From assembly GCF_037042905.1 (NCBI RefSeq), contig NC_087252.1, forward strand, positions 10,666,001-10,730,000: a stretch of DNA of 64,000 nucleotides, written 5' to 3'. Made by a program: the position numbers and the translations under genes. The notes beneath the pieces are model-generated. The model worked only from the letters and a program-made list of their open reading frames with translations, was not told where the DNA came from and did no database searches. Positions 14,380 to 27,800 of this stretch are shown here, one piece after another (position 1 is the first letter of the stretch; every line of letters begins with the position of its first letter). Origin of the DNA: Lytechinus pictus. Taxonomy: Eukaryota.

Positions 14380-15395
14380 AATCAAGGTTCCCCAGAGCTA
14401 TCTGCCATTTGGAAAAATTGGTGATGACGAAAAAATGTCTCTGACGGGAATCGAAGCCGGGCCCCCAGCTTAGAACGCCCTAGACAGCTAGCAGCCGTCT
14501 CTTTCGAGGAATTTTTTAACATTTTTTTAAATTTCTCCTCGTAGACAGACGGCTCGCTATCGTGCAGCCACCATTAGGGGGTTAACGATGCAACCCCCCC
14601 CCCCAACGGGGCTCATTGATTTTTGTCTTTATTTCATAAAAATATATAAAAGGGAACTGTTCCAAAATAAAGATTATTATTCCGTTTTGGCCTGAAATGC
14701 CCCAAAACGGGGGAAAATAAGGGGGGGGGGGAACAGTGACTTACTTCGGCTGTCGCGCTACTTCACTTTCCTGTTTTATCCGAACTTAAATACATAAGCA
14801 TATGGCCATTGAGTCCCCTGTACAGATCGAGCTACAACTTCGGTCTCTGTATTTGGTGAGTGTAGCCAACGGAGTTCAGATGAACAACCAACATAACAGA
14901 GACCGAAGTTTTTTTGGTCTTGGAACGCCGGTGCCTTAACCACTAGACCACAGAGACGGGGTAGTGGCAAGGGCGACCCCGATCCGATTGACCGTTAGAT
15001 AAACAGATTTTTGACATTATAGGCCTACCAATTATAATTTTCTTTGTCGGGTGTAGGTGGGTTTTGAACAAATGACAAGCCGCCATGTCTCAGCTGAATC
15101 AAAGCTATTGCTTAGATACGGTACACGTATGGGAGAAAGTATACAAATGTGATAAATTATACATGTACAACAGCTTTGTAAACTCTTTTATTTAATTATT
15201 TTTGTGAAATAAAGGGATGAAGAGAACAATGGTATGCGTAGCTTAAATCAAGGTCCCCAGAGCTATCTGCCCTTTGGAAAAATTGGTGATGCCGAAAAAT
15301 TGTCTATGCCGGGAATCGAACCCGGGCCCCAGCTTGGAACGCCGGTGCCTTAACCACTGGAGCACAGATACGGGTTAGTGGCAAGGGCGACCCCG
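14380..15395 (-). repeat. Cluster of three tRNA-containing repeat fragments (tRNA-Gly(TCC)-like, SINE or tandem tDNA unit ~415 bp)
   Basis: Copies at ~14380-14480, 14920-14990 and 15165-15395 carry A/B-box pieces (TGGTCTAGTGG, GGTTCGATTCC) and share flanks with 32105-32565. Confidence 0.7.
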
Positions 15396-15449
15396 TTTGG
15401 ATCAATCGTAACTCTTTGCAAGACAGCACCAAACGTTTCATGGCTCATT

Positions 15450-16858
15450 CAGGGTGACCACACGTCCCGTATTTCCCGGGATCGTCCCGTATTTTGCTCC
15501 TTTGTCCCGGCGTCCCGACAAACCTTTCCCGGGACGCCTATTTATCCCGTATTTCAGAATATTGATAAAAATGTAGTTCATACTTTTAAAAGTGATGAAT
15601 TGTCATTAAATAACCAACAGATGACGGAGCAGAGACAACAATAAAATCGATAACTGTAAAATTTTGCAATTTCTGCGGTGATTTTCTTGCTAACCCAATA
15701 CATTGCAAACGAACTGGCCTCCTGCCTCTGCGTGCCAGGCTTGGCATGATCGGAGCAGATTCTCAATAGTGCAAACAATCTCACATGATAAACAGTTTTC
15801 CACCAAAATAATCACAAAATCGGCGGGAAATTGTTATAATTATATTATGGATTCTCAGATTGGTGATTTGGAGATGTAATCAGAAGAACAAGTTATTGAG
15901 TTTTCATAACTAGATCTAGTTGTTTCAGCTTCGTTTTGAGACTTGGTGTGTATGATGCCGCGATGTTTCATCTAATTTTTAAGTTTGACAATGTTTCACT
16001 TTCAAATTTTATTCATTTCTAAAATATTTTAGTTTTTAAAAATTTCAAAAATATATTTAGAAAACACCAAATATCATGATTTTTGTTAGATGATTGGACT
16101 TGCTTGAAGTTTGAACTTTTTTCCACTTTCTTTCTTTTCTATCCTTCCTACTTGCCTTTTTTGTTCCATCTATCTTCATTTCCTACCTTTCTTTCCTCCT
16201 TTCTCTTATTTTACTTTTTTAAAATTCAATTTCCTTTTTTTTCATTCTTTCTTTCCTTAAACTTTTCTTTGCTCCTTTCTTCCTTCCTCCCTTTTTTGTT
16301 TTTTCTCTCCTTCCATTATTTTATTCTTTCATTCCTTTTTTCCCTTCTAGTTATTTCCCCTTATTCTTTCTTTCTTTTCCTTCCTTCCGTCCTTTCTTTC
16401 TTTCTTCCTTCCTTCTTTCAGTCCTTCCTGTTTTTCTTCTTTCATTCTTTGTTTTTTTTCCTTCTAATTCTTTCTTTCCTCCTTTTTTCTTACTTTCTTT
16501 TTGTTCTCTCCTTTACTTTGTCTTTCACACATTTGTTAATCTTCCCTCTCTTTCTTATTCTTTCTTTTTATATTCCTTTCAAAGTAACTATGACGAAACA
16601 TTTTATTCTCTCTTTCTTCTTTTCATCCTTCTTTTATTCTAATTTTATTTATTTTTTTCCCTTCATTTTTCTTTTTTTCTTCTTCTCAATTCATCTCTTT
16701 TCTTTCCGCATCTTTTCTTTCTCTCCTTCATTCTTTCATTCACCCTCCCTTCCAAATCTTTATATTTTTTTTTTTCAAAAAGTCTAACACTGTGTAGCCT
16801 TCTTTGTTGATCTTTTTCAATCGTCCCGTATTTCATTTTGTGAAATCTGGTCACCCTG
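15450..16858. mobile_element. Non-autonomous hAT-type transposon
   Basis: TIR CAGGGTGACCA / TGGTCACCCTG, perfect 8-bp TSD GGCTCATT, subterminal GTCCCG repeats, CT-rich filler. Confidence 0.9.
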
Positions 16859-19084
16859 GGCTCATTGTCAGTGGCGTAAAAAAAATTCGAGTGCTAAATA
16901 TGACGTATCGGGTACAATTTTTTTTAAAAAAGAAAATAAATCATAAAAAATCGAAGCGAGCAAGCAAAATGTTCGACATTTTCATTCAAGAAATACAAGT
17001 TTGTGATAGCCATACATATTCAAAACACGAGATGTTCTGCATAATATGAAAAACTTACATTTGTGACCAAATCTTTTATGACATGACCTTTAACCCGGAC
17101 GTTTAATAAATACCATGTGATCCATATATTGACATTTTACTTTTCATTACCTTCAATTTATACCAAACATGGTTCGTTGAGTTCGTAAAATAGAAAAATC
17201 ATAATTTAATAAGAGGAACGTAAAATGGCAGGTGTGGCCAGTGGCGTATAAGGGGGGGGGGGGGAAACGTGACCCCCAATCGGCCGCCAAGATGAGGGGG
17301 GGGGGGGAGAAAGAAAGAGGAAGGTAATGTGTTTTATATTGCATAATATAATAAGACATAAGAAAAGTTTTTTTTTCATAACTTTATGAAACATAGTTTG
17401 CTTAAGGCCTTAATAATCACTCCCTGTGCTCGCATTGTCTATTTAATGAACTAAATAATACTGTTTAATGAGATTTTCATTTGCTTTAATTCAATATAGA
17501 ACATGATATGTTTCATTCTGTAAAATGGCAAAATTCTAATCAGAGGAATGTGAAAAAAATAGCCGTGGTCTATGACCCCAATAAAAAAGCCAGACTCTTT
17601 CGGGTTCTCTGAAGAAGATAGGGCCTACCCTATACGACAACTTTGAAAAAAAAAACATAATGCATTCATACCAAACTTGACAGCCATTCCATTTTTTTTA
17701 AAATTATATCTACTCGACTATAAGGAGGAAACAATATTAGAAGAACGAGGTACACTCAAGCATGCATGAGATGTGCACACTGTCCGGTTTCAACGCTATT
17801 TTATGTGATATATATATATATATATATACACACACATAAATACATTTGATAAAAATGAAATTCCTTATTTTTCTTTTTGAGAAAAAAATATGATTTTACA
17901 TCAATTCTTTACGTATTCTTATTGTCGAATTGCAACAACAAAAAGACAAAACTGTCCTGGATAACTTGTGCCCCGTAAGAACAATAATCTAGAAAGAATA
18001 TAATTTTCATTGAACAATTAAATGAGAGGTTCAAGGAGGAAACAAGGTTTGAATTTTAAGGTTCACCTAAGAATACTGTAGAAACTCAGTGAAACTATTA
18101 TTTCACAACATGCATTTTTGACAGTATTAAGCATAAGTACATCTTCTTTTCAGTTGATTTTCAATCTTTTTTTTTCTCACTGTTTGAAGACCAAATGACT
18201 ATTTTTTTTTACTACTGTCAGAGATCCTTCACAGGTCACGTGTTGTTGATTTTCGGGTGGCTTGTAACATTACTAAGCGCTGTGGCTTGAGCTTTACACC
18301 AACATGATCAAGCGTAATAGGGATGAATAAAACGTTTATTTCCGAAATCATTGTTCACCATGAAGATTAAACTGTTGTCACAACATTATCATAATACCAT
18401 TTCAATGAGCAGATATTGATCACATCATAAGGTCATGTATACAGCACGATTAAAGCATTTTGTTTGCGTTCTCACAAAAACATTATATGATATTCCGGTT
18501 TGATGTGAAAAAAATACAAGCAAACATAAAAGTGAACCAGAATTAAAAGAAGTACAAATTCAAGATGTTATTAACAGTAAGCCTATATATTTATTGAAAT
18601 GATAATCGTCGCAGCCTCTTGGCTAAAATACAATGTACAAACATGTATGCAGAGTGGAGAATAATTATGAACACATGATTGAAAAGAAAAGGGGAAAGGA
18701 AGTAGAAAGGATAGAAGAAGGAAAATTGGAGAGTAAGATAAGAAAAAGGATTTATTTCATAATGATAAAAAGCTCAATATAGGCATACCCGAATGATAAA
18801 AGAATCGAATATTTAGAAACTAATTAGAATCTGAATAATATATCATATCTTTAATCTGAGAAATATAATATTATTTCAAGTAAATTGTTATAATTACATT
18901 ATATGCATGATAATATGGACCAGTAGGAGGAAGTGTTGATTTATTGATCTGTAAAGGTAAACAAAACATAAGTCTAAAGCAATCAATTTAGTTAAACTAA
19001 GACGATGAAATAGGCTGGCATACTGGATAAACATTTATCATATATCACATGCCCAAGAAAAAACAATCATATTAAAGGAGTACA

Positions 19085-21860
19085 AAATTATGTTATCAGG
19101 AATAGGTCGTTATCAGAGTACTGATTCAACATCTTTTACCATTTATATACACACAGAAAAACAATCACCAAAAATGGATTGAAATTATGTTATCAGGAAT
19201 AATTATCAGAGCACTGATTAACATCTTTCACCATTCATATACACACAGAAAAATAATCTAATCACAAAAATTGATTGAAATTATGTTATCAGGAATTTAT
19301 GGTTACCAGAGTACTGATTAACATCTTTTAACATTTATATACATATACAGAAAAACAATCACAAAAATTGATAAAAATTATGTTATCGGGAATTGATCAT
19401 TATTAGATCACTGATTAACGTTTTTTACCATTTATATACACACAAAGAAAACCAATCACTAAAATGGATGAAAATTATATTATCAGGAATTGATCATTAT
19501 TAGATCACTGATTAACATCTTTTACCATTTATATACACACAGAAAAACAATCACAAAAATTGTTTGAAATTATGTTATCAGGATTATTGATCTTCATCAG
19601 ATTACTGATTCATCATCTTTTACCATTTACATACACACAGAAAAAACAATGACAAAATGGATTAAAATGATATTATCAAGAATTACGAGCCCCACCCATT
19701 AACCGCCCGCTATCTTACGCCACCCGTCCATCTTAAACACACACACCCACTCACCCACCCACCCATATATTTAGTTCGTTCACATCCTACGCCACAAAGA
19801 GCCACTTCACGGAGCAATCTGACTCCTCCTACCAGCATTCGGACTTTCCAAAGACAGTAACTCCAGCTTGCTCAATATGGATGCAATATAAGATGACATT
19901 CGAATTACATACACACAGTGCCGCATGTACTTGGCCCCTTTGATAGAGGAGAAATCCAAGATGTATATAAATATTCATTGAAATATGGTAGTATAAATGA
20001 GTTGTAGTAGTAAAAAGTGAAATTTACAACTATTTACATAATATAAATTGTACGACATCGGAGTATCCACAGTGTAAAATCGTCTTCACACTGTTGAATT
20101 TTATCAGTTAAACAGTGTGAATAATATATTCTCATGGTCCACACTGTGTGACAATGTTATTTCCAGCTGGACATGACTTTAAGAATGACAATAAAGTTGC
20201 ATAAAACGTGTGCATTGATTTTCATTGGTAGTTTCACATTAATAATTGGGTGATATTTCTAAAAACTTTTTTTTCGTTTTTTGTTAAATAAAATTATATA
20301 CAGCATACGAAATAGGCCTAGTTATCGGGCCGTTGCAGAAAAAAAAACGCAGCAAACAATCAATGAAGTTCAAGTCCCAAAATAATATTTAATGGATTAA
20401 ATCACGCTGCATCTGATTTATTTTGTTTTATTATACTTGATATAAATAACATATACAAATATGTGCATAACCTAATAATATTTTTCGAGTTTTCTTAAGT
20501 TTGCACAAGCTGTTATAAGACAAGATGCATGCGAACCTCTTAACCAGACCTTTGAAGAGATGGGCTGTAAGCGGAATTTAAAGTAATAGCTATATGGAGA
20601 TAAGACTTAACTAATGTATGGAATTTAAAATATGAGGTACTAAGAGTAAATGAAATGTTCAATAAGAGATACTAAAAGTTAAGAGATATATTCGAACTTA
20701 CATTGCGAGCGATCATTATTAGAGTACTGATTAACATATTTTACTATTTATATACACACAGAAAACCAATCACCAAAAATGGATTAAAATTATGTTATCA
20801 GGAATTGATCATTATTAGATCACTGATTAACATCTTTTACCATTTATATACACACAGAAAAACAATCACAAAAATGGACGACAATTATGTTGTCAGGAAT
20901 TGATCATTATTAGAGCACTGATTAACGTCTTTTACCATTTATATACACACAGAAAAACAATCACAACATGGATTAAAATTATGTTATCAGGAATAATTAT
21001 CAGAGCAATAATTAACATCTTTCACCATTCATATACACACAGAAAAACAATCACTAAAATGGATTAAAGTGATCATTTCACTTTGTCCTGATTTAAAAAA
21101 TTCTCATTTTGGTTCTTGAGAATGGGCTTAACATTAGGCTTATAGTGTAAAAATACCATCCCAAAAGTTTCAAAGTATTATATCCACAGGATCAATTTTA
21201 AAACCTTAAAGATGTAAACCAAAGTTTGAAAATAATTGGGAGTTGGTTTCAATGACTATGTGTATACAGTGAACCTGTGCACCACAACACACGAACTCTA
21301 GATGAACACAGCATGGCCTACATACAGTGTGTACTAGGTATACACTGAATGTTCAGTGTAGCTAATAGCGTGTGTGTGTAAATAGGAGATACACACAACT
21401 GAAGGCAGTCAACATAGCCAACGGACATTTTGAATTGGAGTAAACTGGTCATAAGCTTAACCTGTCTACTAGACGGTTCTCAAAATCAAGCTAATAAATT
21501 GCTACTTGTATCTAAATTAGAGTTTTTCATTCTATATTGTGGTTTGTTTCAGGGTTTTTGAGGACAAATACATGCACTCATACACATGTTTTGTCTCAGT
21601 TTGAGAATTTTTCAAAACAGCTGCTCACAAAGTTAAACGATCCCTTTAAAACAATGTTATCAGGAATTGGTCATTATTAGAGTACTAATTAACATCTTTT
21701 ACCATTTATATACACGCAGAAAAACAATCACAATAAATGTATTAAAATAATGTAATCAGGATTATTGATCGTCATCAGATTACTGATTCATCTTTTACCA
21801 TTTACATACACACAGAAAAACAATGACAAAATGGATTAAAATGATGTTATCAAGAATTAC
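19085..21860. repeat. ~96-bp minisatellite arrays (19085-19685, 20710-21067, 21650-21860)
   Basis: Unit AAATTATGTTATCAGGAATTGATCATTATTAGA..CTGATTAACATCTTTTACCATTTATATACACACAGAAAAACAATCAC repeated about 12 times. Confidence 0.85.
21068..21645. mobile_element. Kolobok-like non-autonomous element inserted in the minisatellite
   Basis: TTAA on both sides, imperfect 19-bp TIR AGTGATCATTTCACTTTGT / ACAAAGTTAAACGATCCCT; the minisatellite unit resumes after it. Confidence 0.75.
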
Positions 21861-22700
21861 GCGCCCCACCCATTAACCGGTCGCTTTCTTATGCAACCCG
21901 TCCATCTTAAACACACATCCCACGCCAGAAAGAACCACTTCACAGAGCAATGTGACTCCTCCTACCAGCATTCGGATTTTTCAAAGACAGTCACTCCAGC
22001 TTGCTCAATATGAATGCAAAATTACATACACACAGTACCACGTGTGCTTGACCCCTTTGATAGGGCATAGGAGAAATCCAAATTTCATTTGAATATTCAT
22101 CGAAGTATGGCAGTATAAAGCATTTATCATATGACAATTATTAAGGGGATATTCATTTCATTGAGTAGTAATAAGTAGTAAAAAGTGAAATTTACAACTA
22201 TTTACATAATATAATCTGTACAACATCGGGGTATCCACAGTGTGAAATCGTCTTCACACTGTTAAGTTTTATCGGTTTAACAGTGTGAATAATATATTCT
22301 CATAGTCCGCACTGTGAACACATAGTGGTAGCACTGTGTAACACTGTTTTTTCCAGCTGGACATGACTTTATGAATGACAATGAAGTTGCATAAAACGCG
22401 TGCATTGATTTTCATTGGTATTTTCGCATTAACAGTTGGGTGATATCTGTAAAAAAAAAATCCCTTTTTTATATAATTATATACAACATACAAAATAGGC
22501 CTAGTTATCGTGCCGTTGCAGAAAGAAACGCAGCAAATAAGCAATCAAGTTCAAGTCTCCAAAATAATATTTTATGAATTAAATCACGTTGCATCTGATT
22601 TATTTTGTTGTATTATACTTGATATCAATAACATATACGAATATGTGCATAACCTAATAATATTTTTGAGTGTTTTTAAGTTTGCACAAGTTGTTTTAAG
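21650..22700. repeat. ~1-kb direct duplication of ~19480-20520
   Basis: Colinear shared blocks (CCACCCATTAACCG, GACTCCTCCTACCAGCATTCGGA, GTATCCACAGTGT, AATAGGCCTAGTTATCG, GTGCATAACCTAATAATATTTTT). Confidence 0.85.
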
Positions 22701-24807
22701 ATTTGGAAATTGGAATTGGAATTGGAATTGGAAATTAGAGCTACTGTATTCTGAGTAAATAGATATATATGTGATCAGCCACTCCAAACTAAATTAAGTG
22801 GCCCAAAATGGATTTTGAGATTTTCCCTGCGCTTAGAAAAGCATGTCATAGGCTTTCAAATGATATAACTAATCAAAATTTAGGCTGTGTAAGAGTTAAG
22901 CTATACAATAATGAAACAAATGAGAAGGCCCTTACGATGGAGTTAAACGATACAGGAAATTTACAATAAAATATGTTACTGGTAACAGGTAGGCTATATT
23001 ATATTTGCATTAAGAGCTTTCAGAATATAAGGAATATGTGGTATTTACAATAAGAGCTACCATATGAAGAGTAAATGGACGAGTTATACAATGAAAGTGT
23101 GGTTAAGAGTAAAGACTGTAATGCACAAATTAAAATATATATTTTAAAATAAAATTTACAATAAAAGCAATTTGAGATCATGGTGATATGAAAAATGCAC
23201 AATTGTAAACAAATACGCTGCATCTGATCAAGTTTGTATAACATAATGATATTTATGTTTCGAGTGTTTTAAGAAGGTTTTTGCATAAAAGCTGTTATAA
23301 GATGAAATATATACTCTAATGAGCTAATAAGTTAAGAGATAAACGTAATTTGCATTAAGAGCGACCAAAAGTTTAAAGATATATAAAAACTTACAATACA
23401 AGCTTTGACGAGTGAAGCGTTATTTGAAATTCACAATAGGAGCTGTTATGATTTAAGAGGTTAGGATTAATTTTGATTTTCTTTTAACAGGAGCTATAAA
23501 CAATAATACAAAAACAGCTACAAGCAGATGTATGTACGTGAGTCAAAAGATTTGTGACATTTACAATACGAGTTATCGAAATAAGAGATACAGAAACATT
23601 TAAACAATAATTATGAAGAACATATATATATAATTTACACTGAGGGCTACTAAAAAGGGATACAAGTCATATATACATGGATGTAAGTTACAATATGATC
23701 TGCTAACAGTAATGGAATATGTAAATTTTGCAATTACAGCTAATGTACTATAAGTAAATAAATATAGCTGCAAACAAACAACAAGTGGCTCTAAATCAAT
23801 TTCAAGATTTTCATTGAGCTCAGAAAAAGAATGTATTAAGCTTTCAAAATTTATCAACAATAACCCTCAAATATTCTTGACTGAATGCAGAGGAAATTCA
23901 GCAAGCGCTACAAAAGAAAAAAAAAATAGAAAGCAACTTTTTGAGGTTCCAGGTTCAGTCAAGGAAGAGATGGGCATACTGTGGTATCGCTTATGAAACG
24001 TTCGGCCTTTTTTATGTTCACTCTAAATTTACTCCAAATCGAATGGTCCTTGATTTCACTATCAATGTGAATGGGAAAAGCTAGTGAAAATTTTCCCTTT
24101 TTTTTAGAGAGTAAGATATACACGGTATATGATTGTGTCAGACAAGAGTATATTCTGATTTTTTTTCTTCATGATTATAATGACATTATAAATTTAAATA
24201 TAAAATACGCAATAAAATTATACTAAAGACAATTTTGCTGTCATAATTCTTATAAGACAATTGTTTTGCAATCATTAGCATTGTATTTTAGAATGGACTA
24301 GCAGACGCTTTCTGCAACTTTCAGAATTCATTAAAAATATCCGTCAAATCATGATGGATAGATGATAGAGGTCATTGTCGAAAGTCGGTGGATCAGGACA
24401 ACACCTCGTCTTAGGATTCGAACCTGACATTTATGTGGTTTGTCCAGAGTCCATGACGACACTGCTGTTTTGATTCACCGATCGTTTGATAAATGCTGCT
24501 TTGTCATTGAAGGAACGACTTTTGACAAAAGATTATCTACGTTATAGAAAACTCCTGCGAAGTAATTGCTAAATCTCATAAAGTTATTTTCATATAATCC
24601 ATGAGGTTAATTGCTAATTAACCCCTTAATATTGACGCTAGTATCACATCACGACACATTTTGTTAAGATGAAATTAAGAGGTGAGCTATCCCCTCAGAC
24701 ATCCTCTGGTTAACCAGTTGACTCCAACTCTCGAATCTTCATACATTGGCAATCTAGTTCCAGAGGTAATGGTTTAGCATTCTTGAGGTCAATGAAACAG
24801 TCGCTTT

Positions 24808-24875
24808 CTATTTAGGACTATTTGACTCAAGGTCTATCACGCGCTGAGCAACGCTGGTCTTAGAAGAGATGGCCA
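24808..24875 (-). CDS. Gene A exon 22: terminal coding exon (VAISSKTSVAQRVIDLESNSPK*)
   Basis: TTTTATAG| acceptor, phase 1; supported by a conserved paralogous exon at 14077-14153. Confidence 0.72.
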
Positions 24876-27800
24876 CTATAAAATAGTAGGAATAAAATTG
24901 GAAGATTGTGTCTTACTTTCTGAGGGATCACATACAATCGATCAAATAAAAAGATATTTCAGTTTCAGTTTGGTTGATTTTTCTTATCTCACAAAATATC
25001 AAATATAATGTAACGTCCATCAAAAGACAGTAAATCATTAATAATAAAACAATACAATACTTCACCATTATTCATAATAAATAAGATAAATGTTATACAA
25101 TAAACGTTCAGATTGGAGACATATATATCAATAAGATGAGGGTATGAAGGATCAAGCAGAGCTTGTAATTTATAGTTTTCCTATTAATAAAATTATAATT
25201 GTCAACTTGTTTTGATATCAATATGTTGATATATATATATCAATATGCTGAATAAAACGATATGCCAAAATAATCATTTTACAATAATTTTTTTTTTTAC
25301 AGGGTTATAAGCTTGTTCTCTATTTTTGCACATCTTAAGTTTCCCGAAAAGTTTCTAAATTACTTTAAGCAGCCACTTTGGAACCATTTTAGATTCTTTA
25401 AAACAATCATTACAGGTTCTTTTGTACAGAAATGACATTTCAGGAAACATTTTCCCCGAGGGTTCTAAATATAAATAATGAGGATAAAACTATATAGAGG
25501 CACTCACCACCATGCAGGATGGTCTCTGTTACATAGCTCTGACCAGCATCTTTCAGGGCTTGATGAAGCTTCTCTACCTGCTCACTAGGTCGGGCTCTTC
25601 GTCTCCACTCACTTAGCATCTCAACAAAACCTGATCTTGAGATTCTCTTAAACGACGAGTCTTGTCGATTGAGGTATTTCTCTACAGTCGAGTCTGAGAA
25701 ACCAAGACGGCGGCCTAGCGGGATTGCTTCGCTTTGCTTGAGAATCACATCAGCCAGGGTTTCAATGAGATTGTTGGATAAACAGCTCATTCGCCCTTGC
25801 CTGTGTAATTATAGAAAATCCACAACGTTCATAGAAACTTTTATAATTGCATAAATAAAATAGTTTTCTTGTAATAGCTTATTGTGTAAGTTTAATGCAT
25901 GCTAATTCAATTTTCGCGGGAAGTGGAGGGTGGGGATTCGCTATTTATTTCTTTACCCCTACCCTTTCCTGGTGTGTTATCGATTTGTCATGCATTCGAT
26001 TGAGTACTGTTTTATTGAAAATGCTCATCATATTGATCATCACATCACTGTTTTATCATTACAATAACGTGTTCTATTTGATATGCTGTGACTCTATTTG
26101 TAAAAACTTTATTTTCGCTCTCACTATCAAATGTTAAAATATGTAATGAAATCCTTCAGTTGTAGAAATCACCACGCATGCATTTAATTATTTTTATCGA
26201 AAGCAATTAAGCACTTAAAGACGAAATATGTTTGCCGCAAGGTCTTATTCCAAATTAAGTAAATAATTTATTGACAAGCAACTTACGAGTCCCTACGATT
26301 GGCCGCGTAATCCGGTTCATCTGAAAGAAAAATAAATACAGCAGCAGTAGTGGTACTTGTACCTCTAGTAGTAGTAGTAGTAGTAGTAGTAGAAAAAGTA
26401 GTAATTCAAATTGAAACAAAAAACATATAAAAAACTATGATAAAAAAACAAGAGTTGATTATATAAGTGGCAAACAATATAAAAGAATAAGATATTACAA
26501 AAACTACAAAATACAAAGAGCAACCCCTTAAACCAAACATTTGTAAATCTGAATATGGAGGAATTGCCAAAAGCTAAAGACGCTTACCAAGGGCAGTCCC
26601 AGAATAAGATTTTTGAAACATACATTATACAATGTGAGAGACAGAGAATGAGTGATAGACAGGCAGAAAGGGGGTAGTTGGAGAATGGAAAAAGAAGCGA
26701 TAGATGGAATAACATGAGAATAGAAAATAAATAGGAAAAGTTGCGTAGGAAGAAGAATATAACCAAAAAAAAACCCATGCTATGTGCATTAATCCACACG
26801 CAGTACATAAGCCTTTTGTTAATGTTTGAACGCTGACAATGAAAGACATGATTAAAGTTTGAAAAAATAAACATGTTAATGAAAATATGAAATGATAAGT
26901 CTGATTACGATGACACACTGACTTACATGTACTAGGTAAATATATTAGGCTAATCATCATGATATTTTTCGCAAAATCTTTATTAATGGGGGTGTGATAT
27001 ATATATTTTTTTAATGGTGATGGTTGCCAATCTAGGGATACCATACAAAAAAATAATAAAGTGCCTATACTTTACTAATCTAAACAGCTCTAATCAAATC
27101 ATTGTTGAAAATTTTCACCAATACCTTCTATTGCTATGTTGAATTCTCTTACTGATGTGGCCTCGTGTCCTTCCTGTATTGCAATGCGAATGATCTTCTT
27201 TCCCTTTTCCTCCGGGGTAAACTGAAGCATGAACTTCAGAGGAGTACACTGATGACCACTCAAAACACTTTTGATGTGTATCTTCGTTGGAGAAAATAAT
27301 ATACAAAAGAACTATACATGTAAAATAAATCAAGGCAATATTCTCAGTTATTGTCATGATATCATAATCAGTGGCGTACCTAGGATTTTCTACAGGGGGG
27401 GGGGGTGGGCAAATTCGTCCGCCCAAAAATTTGACAAGCAAGCAAGCAAAAAAAAAAAAAACAAACAAAGGTCTTCAAGCTCGTCAAGGGAGGCAGGGAT
27501 ACGTCCTTTACATGGGTTGTGACTCGTCAGGGGGGGGGGTAGGCTGTCCCCCCTGCCCCCCGTAAGTACGCTAGTGATCCTAATGAGTACGATGACTATA
27601 TAAATGATTAATTACTAAAGCGAAGGTAAAAGCGGAACAATGTCAGTAACACATCACTACGAGGATTTGCTGGGTTTGTAAGGTTGGGAGTGAAGATGTA
27701 GAATGGGAACACATCTTGAATGTAATCGATTAATGGATACTGATGCATCTAAAAAAATTGCAGCTATAATTAATTCTATATTTATTAGAAATCATTTTAA

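Noticed and set aside
16083..16787. 234-aa F/L/S-rich ORF resembling a membrane protein
   Set aside because: Translation of CT-rich low-complexity filler inside a hAT element.
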